A DNA stretch of 64,000 nucleotides from Octopus vulgaris (Eukaryota). Within the stretch, counting starts at the first letter, position 1. Each line of letters starts with the position of its first letter. Under the pieces are notes generated by a model that was not told the origin of the DNA, did not search any database, and worked only from the letters and a program-made list of their open reading frames with translations. Positions 13,554 to 27,619 of this stretch are shown here, in pieces. The translations under genes and the position numbers were made by a program. The stretch is taken from assembly GCA_951406725.2 (NCBI GenBank), contig OX597822.1:37944001-38008000 (forward strand). Direction: 5' to 3'.

Positions 13554-13887
13554 TATGCTCAACGCCATGGCTGAGGTTTGGGGAGCTCATGAGGTTTCAT
13601 CAATGGGGACGGGATGGAGGAAACAGACAGGTGATCGACAAAGACAGAGACGGAGGGACAAATGTCGTGGAGTAGTGCCTGGGTTTAAGCAACAACAACA
13701 ACAACAACAACAACAACAGCAACAGCAACAACAGCAACATCAAAAGCAGTGGAATCAGAATAAAGGGTTAGATGTAAACACACACACACACACACACAAG
13801 TATGTGTGTGTGTTTGTGTATAAACACACACATATACATATATAGATAAATACACGTATTACACATATGTACACATACATACATACA

Positions 13888-13971
<84 letters not shown>

Positions 13972-14059
13972 TAAATATAAGAGAGTGGTCACTATAAGGC
14001 CACTTGGTGTGGAATAAATATACTATTAAATTAGTATCTAATTCTCTCACCCTTATTAA

Positions 14060-14114
<55 letters not shown>

Positions 14115-14222
14115 CAGGATTCAAGTGAATCAGGTTCGAAAACGATGAGGCACCGTGTAGGGTCGAATAGTAAAATTTGTTCAGAACAGATGACACATTA
14201 TCCATCTGTTATTTATTCACTT

Positions 14223-14291
<69 letters not shown>

Positions 14292-14504
14292 AATAAGAAA
14301 ATGGAGGGGATCAATAGGTGGTTCATCAACTTTTAGACTTTATATCATGTCAAACTATTTATTTATTTACTAAAATGACAATTACAAGAATATACATACA
14401 TGTATAACATATTATGCTTTACATATGAAATATATTAATATATAAAGATACTAGTAATTATTATTATATTAAAATATAACATGAGGAATATAAATTGGGA
14501 AGAT

Positions 14505-14628
14505 ATCTTACAGCTGTTTCAGCCAAGAGGCAAAAATACCTCATTTTACTTTTATTCCTCCAGTAGACTGAAGTAATAAGTAGATGAAATTGAGGTACTT
14601 GGGTGTTTCTCTAGGCTTCGTCATAGAT
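14505..14628 (-). ncRNA. Hammerhead-like motif with long stem II in a Penelope-like end (14290-14990)
   Basis: The - strand reads AUCU aUGACGA AGCC...GGCU GAAACAGCUGUA AGAU, with a palindromic stem III ACAGCUGU. C3 is mutated here but intact (CTGACGA) in the inverted partial copy at 14970. Confidence 0.6.
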
Positions 14629-14687
14629 TTTAGAAAGTACGTAAGGTTAAGTTATAAATAAATATAAATATAAAAATAAATAGATAA

Positions 14688-14728
<41 letters not shown>

Positions 14729-14768
14729 TAAAAATAAATAGATAAATAAATATATATATAAATAAATA

Positions 14769-14805
<37 letters not shown>

Positions 14806-14994
14806 TAAATATAAAAATAAATTGATAAATAAATATATATATAAATAAATAATATATATATATATATATATATAATTTATTTATTTATATATATATTTAT
14901 TTATCTATTTATTTTTATATTTATATTTATATTTATTTATAACTTAACCCTATGTACTTTCTAAAATCTCTGACGAAGCCTAGAGAAACATGCT

Positions 14995-15240
14995 GGATGC
15001 GCGTGGCTTAGTGGTTAGGGTGTTGAACTCAACATGATCATAAGATGGTTTCAATTCCTGGACCAGGCGATGATCTTGTTCTTGAGCAAAACACTTCATT
15101 TCACGTTGCTCCGATCGACTCAGCTGCAAATATGAGTAACCTTGCGACGGATCGGTGTACCGTCCAGGGGAAGAATATATACATCACTGAATCCGGAAAC
15201 AGGCTCCTTATGAGCCTGGCATGGCGCGAGAAGGAAACAT
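14995..15240 (+). mobile_element. SINE family C (tRNA head, Meta/V-like core)
   Basis: A box TGGCTTAGTGG, B box GGTTTCAATTCC, core GTTCTTGAGCAAAACACTTCATTTCACGTTGCTCC. Confidence 0.75.
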
Positions 15241-15339
15241 TTATATAGCAAGATAGATATACACATGCTTGCATGCATGTATGTATGTATGTATGTATGT
15301 ATGTATGTATGTATGTATGTATGTATGTATGTATGTATG

Positions 15340-15370
<31 letters not shown>

Positions 15371-15879
15371 GTACGTACGTAAGTATCTGTTTATGCATGT
15401 ATGTTTCCATCTATGTGCGAATGATTAGGCTTATTTTATCATCCCGAGGTTTCAGGTTCGATTTCACAGCAGTAATTATTTTTACCATATCACCGGGCCA
15501 CAGTAAGGGCTTTGACTGAAAATGGGTACATTGAAAAGTGTTTGCTGAATGGATTAAACTAGCAGTTTCCATAGGCTGAGGTGATACGAGTCTGTGGAAT
15601 ACACAGCCAGTAAACACTCTAATTCCATGAGAAGATTGTTTAGTTCATCGAAGTAAATACTGATCGTCGTAAACATCGGGGATCCAACATTTATATCAAT
15701 GAATACACACACACACACACATACACACACACACACACACAACACACAAACACACACACACACACAAGCCACTCACATATATACACATATACATATATAT
15801 ATATTATTACTTATACTTATATAAATATATTTTCGAATAGACATATTATTTATACATGTGTATACATATTTATGCGGCA

Positions 15880-15924
<45 letters not shown>

Positions 15925-16296
15925 TGTGTGTGTGTGTGTGTGTGTATTTATTTAGCGCAAAGGTAACGTAAAGTACAACAGAAAGATGAAATAAAAAATA
16001 TAGAGAGGTGGTATTAATTTGCTCCTAAGGCGGTAGGGGAAGAAAAGGGGGGAAATATGTTTAATGTTTCGAGTATACACTCTCCTTCTGAAAGATAGGA
16101 TAAAGATGGAAAGAAAAGAATGACGGAAGACAGAGAAATAGAAATGCACGTAATCCCATATATGTACCTACGTATATATATGTGTGTATGCGTGTGTGTG
16201 TGAATGTGTATGTATATGTGGTTCGGTAGGTGTGTATCTATCATATGCATATATATATATATATGTGTGTGTATTTGTGCATATATATATATATAC

Positions 16297-16346
<50 letters not shown>

Positions 16347-16419
16347 CTTTAGTATATATTCATACATATATTCATATATGTATCCATATAAATATGTGTA
16401 TGTGTGTGCAAATGTATCA

Positions 16420-16880
16420 GGCGTGTCTGGGTGATAAGAAGCTTCCTTCCCAACTACATGGTTCCAGGTTCAGTCCTACTGCATGGCACTTTGGGCAAGT
16501 GTCTTCTACTCTAGCCTCGAGCCGACCAAGGCCTTGTGAGTGGATTTGGTGAACAGACTCTGAAAGAAGCCCGTCGTATACACGCACACACACACACGCA
16601 CACACACACACGCACACACACACACATATGTATGTACGTATGTACGTATTTTTATGTATGTATCTTTGTGTTTGTGTTTGTCCCCCACCACCATCACTTG
16701 ACAACCGATGTTGGTGTGTTTACGTCCCCGTAACTAGCGGTTCGGCAAAAGACACCGATACAATAAGTAGTAGGCTTACAAAGAAAAGTCCTAGAGTCGA
16801 TTTTTTCGACTAAAAATCCCTTAAGGCGGTCCTCCAGAATGGCCGCAGCCAAAGGACTGAAGCAAGTAAACGAATAACAG
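16420..16880 (+). mobile_element. SINE A
   Basis: Collinear with the family consensus, with an internal (CA)n. Confidence 0.85.
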
Positions 16881-17131
16881 AATGTATATATATATATATT
16901 GTTGATGCCATATTTTTATCTGCAGTGGGTCTCGAAGCAATCCTGTATTTACATGCGACATTTTATAGCTTTATGTGAGCTTCAAAGAAAGATTTATACA
17001 CATCAGGCTCATGTGTGTGTGTGTGTGTGTGTGTCTATGTGTTTATGTATATGCATGTGCGTTTGTGTATGTGTGTATGCGTGTTTATCCATCCTGCCGT
17101 CCATCCATCTGTCCGTCTGTCTGTCTGTCTC

Positions 17132-17226
<95 letters not shown>

Positions 17227-17488
17227 GGCAGTCTATTTCTCTGATGAAACCATGGCGACTGAAGAAGGGGTTTTTTCCTTGTGTTATTTGTTCTGTACTC
17301 TTTTTTTGTTGTTGTTGTTTAAGAATAATGTCCAGTTCCTTGGGTTTGTGTCTATGCTTTCGTTTCTCATTGTGTTCGACGTTTTTTTGGTGTCCTGTAC
17401 TCATATATGCGTGTATATATACATGTAGAAGTAGGTACGTACATATATGTATATATATATATATGCATATGTTTTATATATTATATAT

Positions 17489-17522
<34 letters not shown>

Positions 17523-17589
17523 CATGTATGTAGATAGTTAGACAGAGAGAGATGGATAGTTAGACAGACAGATAGACAGACAGACAGAC

Positions 17590-17656
<67 letters not shown>

Positions 17657-17695
17657 TAGACAGACAGACATATAGAAAGCCAGATAGATAGATAG

Positions 17696-17766
<71 letters not shown>

Positions 17767-18371
17767 ACAGAACGGTAGCTGCAGCAACAATAACATTTGC
17801 TTATAAAAACAACAGCAACAAGCACAACAACAACAACAACAACAACACCAAAGACAAGCCTTATAATAAATAACGCGCAGTAACTTACTGTTAATATTTG
17901 TGAAACGCCACCATCACTCAACACCAAGTCCTCCATCTTTTCGCTAGCCACACACCTTTTTCTACCACACTGTCTCAGCACTCTACCTTCTCCTCACTTT
18001 AGCCTTCTCCCTCCCTCTTTTTTACCATAAAGCATTCCCTCTCCTTTTACCATCAACCTACTCACCCTCCTCTCCCTTCTCCCTTCGGGTTTTTTTTTGC
18101 CTGTCTCTGTTGCTCCTCCTCATTCACTCTCTCTCTCTCACTCTCTCTCTCTTTCTCACTCTGTCTCTGTCTCTGTCTCCCTCTTTCTCTCTCTCTCCTT
18201 TCTTAGCGTACGTATGGATCAAGCTTCTGATCTTATGTCCCTTGTAATGGTGATCTTTGCGCTGTGTGCTCCAGCAGATGTGTGTGTATGTGTACACAAC
18301 TTCACAACATAGATACATACACATAATTACATAGACTTTATATACACAGTTACATATATCCTTACATACTC

Positions 18372-18405
<34 letters not shown>

Positions 18406-18447
18406 CTACTCACACACACACATACAAACATTTATATACACATACAA

Positions 18448-18498
<51 letters not shown>

Positions 18499-19227
18499 TA
18501 CACACATACATATATGTACATATGTAAAAATGTAAGTATATAAGAGCATACGCATACATACATATATTTATATAAACTTATATAAATACACGCTCGTACA
18601 CACACACAAACACACATATGTATATATGTATACATATAAACATACAAAAGCATACACACGCGCGCGCGCACACACACACATTTATATATATATATAAACT
18701 TATTTATTTAAATATACACGCACAGGCACAAACACACACATATATCTGTATGATTGTGCATATGAGCATGGGGGCATGTGCATGTGTACATGTATATAAA
18801 CGGGTGTAAGTTTCTACAGGAGTATGCATAAGAGAAGTGGCAAAATTAACACCCCATCCCCAACAACAACAATAACAACAACAACAACAACAATATTACG
18901 AACAAACAACACCACCTTCCCAAATACAACCACCATCCTCCTCCTCATCATCATCATCATCACTAGCACTACTACTACATCGACGAGTACACCGCCATAA
19001 CCACCACCACTACCATCACCACCAGAACCACAATCACCACCACCACAGCCGCCACCACTACCACCACAACCACCACCACCACCACTAAAACAATAACAAC
19101 AACAACAACCACTACCAGCACCACCACTGCTCCACCACCATTTTACCCATCAACCCCAAAAAACAATAACAACAAAAACCATATTTGAATTTTAGGTGGC
19201 AAAAAATACAGCAAGACAAATTCGTGT

Positions 19228-19276
<49 letters not shown>

Positions 19277-19395
19277 GAGTGAGTGTGTCTTTGTGTGTGT
19301 GTGTGTGTACGTGTTTGTGAGTGTGTGTGTGTCTGTGTGCATTTGTGTGTGTGTGTGTATGAACGTGAGAGAGCAGCGGGAGGAACGCTCAGAAG

Positions 19396-20323
19396 ATGGA
19401 GCAGCAAGATAGGAGCATCAGTGACAGTAGACTCAGTTTCCCGAGCGGCACGCGGAGCAGTTTAACGTGCTCCTCTGCTGCCGCTGCCGCCACCGCCGTC
19501 GCAGTATCCGCCACCGATACCACCACCACAACCACCACCACCGCCGCCGCCGCCACCACCACCATCTCTAGTTCATTGAACAACAATAGCACCAGAAACA
19601 ACACTAGCAACAACAACAACAACAACGGCAATAACCACAACGCTACATCCACCACCACCACCGCCACCACCTTCGCCGCCGCTGTCGCTGCCGCCGCTGT
19701 CGCTGCCGCCGCCGCCGCCAATAGTCACAACAACAACAACAGTAACAACAGCTGCATCAGGCGCTGCAGCAGTAACAACAACAACAACAACCACAACAGC
19801 AACAACAACAATATTATTAACAACCATCATACTACCACCACTACCACTAACAACACCAATAATTATCCCCCAAACCACCACCACCACCACCACCACAACA
19901 ACAACAACAACAACAACAGTAACAACAACAACAACAGCAGCAGCAACAGCACCTTCGTCATCAGGAGCTGCAGCAACACCACAACTAACACCCATAACAA
20001 TAACAACATCATTATCAACACCAGGCGTTTCAACAGCAGCAGCAGCAGCAACAACAACAACAACAACAGCAACAGCTACAACATCAGCAGCAGTAGTGGT
20101 AGCAGCAGCAGCAGCATAAGCAGCAGCAGCAGTAGTAACAACAACATCAGCAGCAGTATCAGTGCAGGTATCGGCAAGCGTGCACTGTGCACGGCCACAC
20201 TTGGTAAAGCACATCATCACCTGTGTAGCATGCAGGGTTCTTACAGCATCAACGGTCTGCTGTCCGCCTCTCATGATGGGGCCCCACAGACGCTGGCCGA
20301 GAACTCCACGTCTCGACCTTCTG

Positions 20324-20354
<31 letters not shown>

Positions 20355-20389
20355 TCTAGCAAATGGATTTAACAATGCCAAATATCTGG
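19396..20389 (+). CDS. Probable first coding exon of a transcription factor with homopolymer tracts and an eh1/octapeptide-like motif (Pax/PRD-class-like)
   Basis: GC-rich island with 331 open codons. Trinucleotide repeats stay in frame (poly-A/T/N/H/S). Unique peptide [17 protein letters not shown]...NGFNNAKYL. Ends at CTGG|GTGAGT (GT 20390-20391), followed at once by (CTTT)n. Alternative start ATG at 20230. The DNA-binding domain is not in view, so no symbol is given. Confidence 0.75.
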
Positions 20390-20395
20390 GTGAGT
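20390..20395 (+). other. 5' splice donor, phase 1
   Basis: G|GTGAGT consensus at the abrupt switch from coding-like sequence to pyrimidine microsatellite. Confidence 0.75.
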
Positions 20396-20621
20396 CCTTC
20401 ATCTTATCCATGTTCTTCCTTCCTTCCTTTCTTTCTTTCTTTCTGTCTTTCTTTCTTTCTTTCTTTCCTTCTTTCTTTCTTTCTTTCTCCTTTTCTTTCC
20501 TTCTGTCTGACTTTCTTTCTTCCATTTTGTCTCATGGGTTTCTCCTTTTTGTTTTAAATTTCTTTCCCGCTATCTTTCTATCTTTCATTCATTCATTCTT
20601 TCTTTCTTTCTTTCTTGCTTG

Positions 20622-20672
<51 letters not shown>

Positions 20673-20783
20673 TCGTTCTTTCATTCAGTCTGTCTTTCAT
20701 CCATTCATTTATTCTTTCTTTAGTTCTTTCGTCCATTTTGTTTCACGGTTTTCTCTTTTTCTTTTGCTAAAATTTTTTTCTCC

Positions 20784-20922
<139 letters not shown>

Positions 20923-20951
20923 CCTACCTACCTACCTACCTACCTACCTAC

Positions 20952-21035
<84 letters not shown>

Positions 21036-21373
21036 ATGCATCTGTCTAATTTCTTTCTTTCTTTGTTTCTTTTTTCTTTCTTTCGTTCTTTCTCCATGTC
21101 TGACCATTTGTTTCTCTTCTCTCTTTCCTTCAAACCTTTTCATTCATTCACTCTGGTTTTTTCGTCCATGTTCTCTCACAGTTTTCGTTTTCTTTTCTTT
21201 GTTGTTTCCAATACCATTTCGTTTTTCTGTCGATCTCTCTCTCAGACTTTCTCTCTTTCCTATCTTTCTACTTTCATTCCTAAATTTCAATCATACCTTC
21301 TTACCCATTTTTATTCTTCATTTTTTAATTCTTTTCGTTTCTTTAGATTTTTTTCATTCCTCCATGTCAGTGT

Positions 21374-21451
<78 letters not shown>

Positions 21452-21472
21452 GTATATCTATCTTAATATTAT

Positions 21473-21510
<38 letters not shown>

Positions 21511-21668
21511 CCAGTTTGTATACTTGTCTATCTTTACATATGTATACACACATATTATATATATATATATATATATGTGTGTTGTGTGTGTGTGTGTGTG
21601 TATGTATACACGTTTATGTGTGTACATATATTTAGATATATAATATGTAAATATATATATACATATAT

Positions 21669-21710
<42 letters not shown>

Positions 21711-21832
21711 TACATATATATATATATATTTATTTATTTATTTATCTATATATTATATATCTAAATATATATACACACATAAACGTGTACATGCATGTTA
21801 TATGTTATATATATATATACATACATACATGC

Positions 21833-21864
<32 letters not shown>

Positions 21865-21865
21865 G

Positions 21866-21906
<41 letters not shown>

Positions 21907-22379
21907 TCATATATGTATACTTGTGTGCATGTATATACACAAACACACATTTCCCTCTATCCATCTCTTTCTCTCCCTTTCTTGCTCTCTCACACACTAT
22001 ATATACTACATATATGCATATATACATAAACAGATGGGTATATTATATATGCACACACACACATATATATACATACATATATATAGATATATATGCATAT
22101 ATATACATATATATATGTATGTATATATATATGTATATGTGTTGTATGTACGTATGTGTGTGTGTATATATATATATATACGAGAGGTATTGGTATCCAG
22201 AAGACCCAAGGTGGCAGGTAACGCTATGTAAGTGACATGGGAGGACCTTAGCTAAACTCTCGGTTCGATAATGATACAAGTGAGGAATTTAATGCGTGTC
22301 GTGTATGATCATGTATATGTTAAATAAAATGAGACAACAAAGACAAGGAATTTTCAGGACGTTTATAAAGAGAAAGTTA

Positions 22380-22427
22380 GTCTTACAGCTGTTTCTGGGA
22401 TATTAGGGATATCCCTTCATCAGAGAC
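22380..22427 (-). ncRNA. Hammerhead ribozyme in a Penelope-like end (22182-22690)
   Basis: The - strand reads GUCU CUGAUGA AGGGAUAUCCCUAAUAUCCCA GAAACAGCUGUA AGAC, with an intact core and stem II GGGAUAU/AUAUCCC. A degraded inverted copy lies at 22574-22621 (+). Confidence 0.8.
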
Positions 22428-22740
22428 GATGTGAGATGGTGAAATAGAGGGAAATATTAGACTCCAATATAAGGGGAAATAAGAGAATTAAAATGAATAT
22501 AAAAATATATGTAGGATGTTATACATCTATAACATCCAAAACCACTGCTTATATTGAATTCTAATAGTTCCCTGTCTCTGGTGAAGGGACACCCCTAATA
22601 TCCCACAAACAGTTGTAAGACTAACTTTCTCTTTATAATTGTCCTGAAAATACCACACAGCCTTGGCTTTGTTGTCCCATTTTACTTACACAGACACAGA
22701 CACACACACACACACACATATATGTATGTATATATGTATT

Positions 22741-22796
<56 letters not shown>

Positions 22797-22823
22797 CATA
22801 CATATATTTATATATACATGTAC

Positions 22824-22898
<75 letters not shown>

Positions 22899-22899
<1 letters not shown>

Positions 22900-23040
22900 C
22901 GGGAAGGTTTACGAAAATAAACAAAAGACGAAGGCAGGTGGAATACAAACGAACAATTGTATTAGTATGGCGCTCAGGAATAGAAATAAAACAAGTCTTT
23001 TACGTTTCGAGCCTACGCTCTTCGACAGAAAGATACACAT
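22899..23040 (-). mobile_element. Short Penelope-like terminal element with variant hammerhead (22996-23033)
   Basis: The - strand reads UCUUU CUGUCGA A GAGC GUAG GCUC GAAACGUA AAAGA. Homologous to 43933-44135 and 60225-60430. Confidence 0.65.
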
Positions 23041-23198
23041 GTATACATACAAACATACATACATATCTATATACACACACACCCAATCTGTTTGTCGCTC
23101 TCTTTGTTTTTATTCATCAAACTCATTCATTCTGTCTCTTCTTTTAGCTTTTCGCTAACTTTGTTTTTCATTCACTCTGTAATATCTCCTCTTACTCC

Positions 23199-23199
<1 letters not shown>

Positions 23200-23229
<30 letters not shown>

Positions 23230-23304
23230 CTTCTTCTTCTTCTTCTTCTTCTTCTTCTTCTTCTTCTTCTTCTTCTTCTTCTTCTTCTTCTTCTTCTTCT
23301 TCTT

Positions 23305-23335
<31 letters not shown>

Positions 23336-23343
23336 TTCTTCTT
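23200..23343. repeat. (CTT)n microsatellite
   Basis: Seen directly in the sequence. Confidence 0.95.
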
Positions 23344-23669
23344 CTGCTTCGTCTACTTCTTCTTTATTCTATGTTCAGTCTACAGGGCTGAAGGAGGGGT
23401 TGGGGCTTTTCAGTAGAACAACATCGGCAACGATAAACACCACCACCATCACCATCATCATCATCTTCATCGCATCACCACCACTACTACAAGCAACAAC
23501 AGTAACAAATAAGACAATCAGCAACCTTCCTGTCCACCCTAATCACCAACAACAAAATCATTAGCTGCCATCTTTTCGGGTCCTGTAAAATAACGTACTG
23601 GGGGTACTGCCTATGTAAGGAAATACCACCACCACCACCACCACCATCATCATCATCATTCAGCAGCAG

Positions 23670-23705
<36 letters not shown>

Positions 23706-23734
23706 TAAACTCATCATTTAGTGGTTTCGTTAGA

Positions 23735-23935
23735 GCAACGGCGAAATGCTTAGCGGCATTTCGTCCGTCTTTACGTTCTGAGTTTAAATTCCGCCGAGGT
23801 CGACTTTACCTGTTATGTTTTCAGGGTCGATAAAATAAAGTACTAGTCAAGTATTGGGATCGATGTAATCGACTTACCCCTTGTGCACCCAAAAATATTT
23901 CAGACCTTGTGTCTGTAGTAGAAAGGATTGTTATA
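23735..23935 (+). mobile_element. SINE B
   Basis: GAAATGCTTAGCGGCATTTCG...AATTCCGCCGAGGTCGACTT...GAAAGGATT. Confidence 0.8.
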
Positions 23936-23964
23936 AGTAGTATTTATTATGACCTCACTGAAAA

Positions 23965-24780
23965 CGTGTAGAGACTGGTGAACCTGCCGAAACATCTTGG
24001 CTATTGCGGCAGTGATGACGACAACGAAAATAAGGGCCAACTGGTGTGGATACCTTTTGTACGACACGCCCTTCTGTAGCTCGTCGTTCACTGCACTCCA
24101 ATCGTGGGTCCTGCGTAGACCAAGTCTACGCATCTGGCATCTAGAATGTTGCCATCTACTCACGGCACTGCTCCAGCTGGACAAAGACATCGGAGGGGAA
24201 ACAACACTCGCATTCAGTTGAGGGTTAATGGATGGTATAAATCATGATGATCTGGGAGCAACTTTGGATGTAGATGAGGACAGACGGAGCTGTCTGTTCT
24301 GGAGGACTTTTGATTTGGAAACCATGGACAACTTCCGTGGCAGTACTATAGTTGGGAATTACGTGTTCGAGGCAAGATTTTCGGGGTACTGTAGCGCCAA
24401 AAATCGGCCACAGATCGATGAAACCATCCTGCACGCTATCTTTCAGTGTTCGTGCATTACAGACCTTGTGGGCTTGTATCGAACGGCAGCTGTCGCGTGT
24501 AGAACGAATCCGAATATCATCCGGGTTTGTGATGAAAATCGATGCACCACTTTCCTTTGGCTCAGAAGAGCGGCTAGTCTTCCTCTGCCTGGTAGCCAGG
24601 AAAAGAAAAGGTGCGATGTATACGTCTATAAGACAGACATCTTCCTCTTTGGCCAAACTCTCATCAACTTCTTGAAGTATCACTTGAAAAGAAAGCTGAG
24701 GGTAGAGAAGGGGATGTACTTTCTGTTGTGCTTGACTAAAAATAGAGGAGAGTTGCAAGACTGGAGAGGTTGAATGGGTT
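23965..24780 (+). pseudogene. L1/Tx1-like LINE ORF2 C-terminal fragment (zf-RVT region)
   Basis: Frame-shifted peptides DETILHAIFQC, LVFLCLVA and GQTLINFLKYHLKRKLRVE are typical of the CCHC-containing C-terminus. Confidence 0.65.
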
Positions 24781-25699
24781 TATAATGATTTCTTTTTTCT
24801 TAGTTGGAGGAAAGGAACTGTAGCTACTTTGCATGTAGCAGAGTGATCCGAGCCTTTGTGTGGGGTTTCCCCCATTACCGTACATGGTCTTTCACAACAA
24901 TAATATTACTTTGTCGTATTGAATGCTTATTGAGAGGTTCTCTGGTTTTGTGAAGCGCTTTTTGTTCAATGTAAAATCTTACTTTTGTGTTTGTTGTTGC
25001 AATTTTGCTTGTATTGCCTTCAATGTTTCGTCGTCATCATCAGTGTCATTATCACGCTGGACAAGATGCTTGGCGGTGTTTTTTTCCGGCTCTTTACGAT
25101 CCGAGTTCAAATATGACTGAAGTCAACTTAGCCTTTCATCCTTTAGTGGGATCGATACAATCGACCATCTCCTCTATAATTGTTGGCCCTGTGCCAACAG
25201 TTAGAACCCTTTATTATCAGTGTTATTCATATCATCATCATCGTCATCGTCGTCATCGTCGTCGTCATCATCATCATCGTCGTCGTCGTCGTCGTCGTCG
25301 TCATCATCATCATCAACATCATCATCATTGTCATAATGTTTTCGACTGTTTTACACAAGTTTCTACCGACCCACACCAGCTCCTACTCCATGTCCCAGAG
25401 ATGTGTGTGACACAATTGTCTTTTGGGAACGTTGTACACGAGTGTCTCTATTCTTCGTCCGTTTTGTCTTGTTACAGGATTTCTTTAGTTGGGTTTCGTT
25501 TTTGTTGTAATTTCAGTGTTACTTTCTGTTGTGTAGAACACATAGAGTATACTCTATACCATAGAAGTCGGTTATTGTTCTACTATATTCTTTAGTGGTG
25601 ACAAAATAGAGCATTAGTGGTGCAGGTCATGTTATTTTATTGGGCGGTGATTTTAGTGAGTATGTAATGTGTGACTGGAACATACTGTCTGCGTTGTAT

Positions 25700-26012
25700 T
25701 GCTGAGACCCCTTTCGGTCATGACTGACCATGGGATTGCACCTAGAAAGTTACCCTCCCAGGCACAAGTCCAGAAAAGATTGTTTATGGAAGACCAGCAG
25801 TCGCCCATGCATACCGGCCTCCTCTCTCCACACCACCAGTGTTATCCAAGGGAAAGGCAAAGGCCGATACGGCTTGGCACCTGTGACGTCGCAACTCATT
25901 TCTACAGTTGAGTAACTGGAGCAACGTGAAATAAAGTGTCCTGCTCAAGAACACAACACGCAGCTCGTCCGGGATTCGAACTCACAACCTCGTGATTGTA
26001 AGCTCGACCCTC
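25700..26012 (-). mobile_element. SINE C
   Basis: B box GAGTTCGAATCC on the - strand, with the family C core. Matches 33990-34300. Confidence 0.8.
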
Positions 26013-26204
26013 TTGTGTTAGAGAATTGAATATTGTATAGACTGTGGGTTGTACCTAGCAAGGCTATGTTTCCGACTATGTGCAATGTCGTGACTCCTAC
26101 TGGGATTCATAAGTTTTTGTTCATATTTTGTTTCATTATACTTAATACCCCCCCCCCCCCCATTATTATTGTCTCAAAAAGAAAAAAAGAAAAAGAAGTT
26201 AAAA

Positions 26205-26425
26205 TCCGTCCTGAGGAAAACCGGTTCATAAGGCCGGTTTTCCCGGATTCTGTGGCGTATAGTCGTTGCAGGATTACTCATTTGTGTCAGCTGAGTGAAC
26301 TGAAGGAACTTGAGATGAAGTTGTTTCAGTTTGCTCAAAACCACTAGGCATCGCTCGGTCCAGGAACCGAAACCACAAGCTTTCGATCATGAGCGCAACA
26401 CCATAACCACTTACCCATGCGTCTC
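26205..26425 (-). mobile_element. SINE C-related, diverged
   Basis: CAGCTGAGTGAACTGAAG...TTTGCTCAA...TAACCAC. Confidence 0.55.
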
Positions 26426-27619
26426 TAAGTTATTAGTTTTTCTTTGACAATTTTAGCAGATGTTTCGGTAAAAATAGATCGTGTTTATTTATTCATTTAT
26501 TTTTATCGGAGTGCAAACATTTTCGCTCTGCATCTGTATATTTTGTGTTAGTTCCCTTGTCATTCCAGATCAACACACCCCAGATGATTGCGGCCGAATC
26601 GCTGTTGTTCTCTATGATTGGTAAATGTTTAGCTAGTCCTTCTTCCGTTATCCGTTTTTAGCTCGAAATGTTGGCATATCGTCTGGTATACACATGTGAT
26701 TTGACAAGAACTCGGCTATTTGAAAGAGTGTGATCAAGTATCTCGTTGTATTGGTAGCCTAATCTGTATTGATGTTAGAGACTTCTGTTTTAATTATTAT
26801 TTTATTTTTGTGGTTATTTGTGGCGAAGCTTTGATCCTGCGGAGCTAACTTCAGATCTATTCTGCTTTTAGCCCCAAAACTTTGAACCGTTGCTAAATCC
26901 CATTCTAGCTTACTCCATCGCATCTTACGGGGTATTTTCTCTCATTTTTACTTCAGAATATTTTAGAATTTCCCTTTGATTTTGTTATTATCCCCTTTTT
27001 CTTTCGTGTTTTCTTTAACTATATATCGTATTCACTTCTGTATAAGTAGTATTATTTTATATTTGATTTTTAATTGAAAAAAAAAAATGTGTGACTCTAC
27101 ACGGAGCAAAGCTAAAACAATGAAGGGAAAATTTTTTGTACCAAGATTTCAACCTAAATTAGGTGTCCAAATTATACGCCAGTATATACGGTATTTGTCA
27201 GTTTGTATTTTATTGGTTCTTTTTTGTTTTTTGTTTCTTTTGTTTCCTTATTATACTTCTCAGTTTTCCCTTTTACTTCTAAGTATTTTTTTAGTTCCAC
27301 TGTAGTTATTTTGTAGTAATTATCTATTTGTATCAGACTCTTCTCTTCGTGTGTGCAGAACAGATATATCTTGTCTGTATTCACTTTGAAACACTGATGA
27401 TAAATTCCTATGTTCTTTTCTGGATTTATCTACTCACTTAACTTGCAGTTTATTATTTCCTGACTGGGAGGTTTATAGTACTTACGACTACTATCTGAAT
27501 TCTAGCGTTGAGTTCAGTTTTTAATATTAGTCTGACTTTTCTCTAATACTTATTACTAATGTTCTCCTTTATGCTAGTGTTTTAAATCTTATCAAATTCA
27601 TTTACTTCTAATTATTTGT

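Noticed and set aside
13555-13770. Poly-Q ORF segment as an upstream exon
   Set aside because: Flanked by microsatellites, with no supportable splice sites or conserved motif.
19573-20274. Antisense 233-aa ORF
   Set aside because: Shadow of the + strand trinucleotide-repeat exon; no independent motif.
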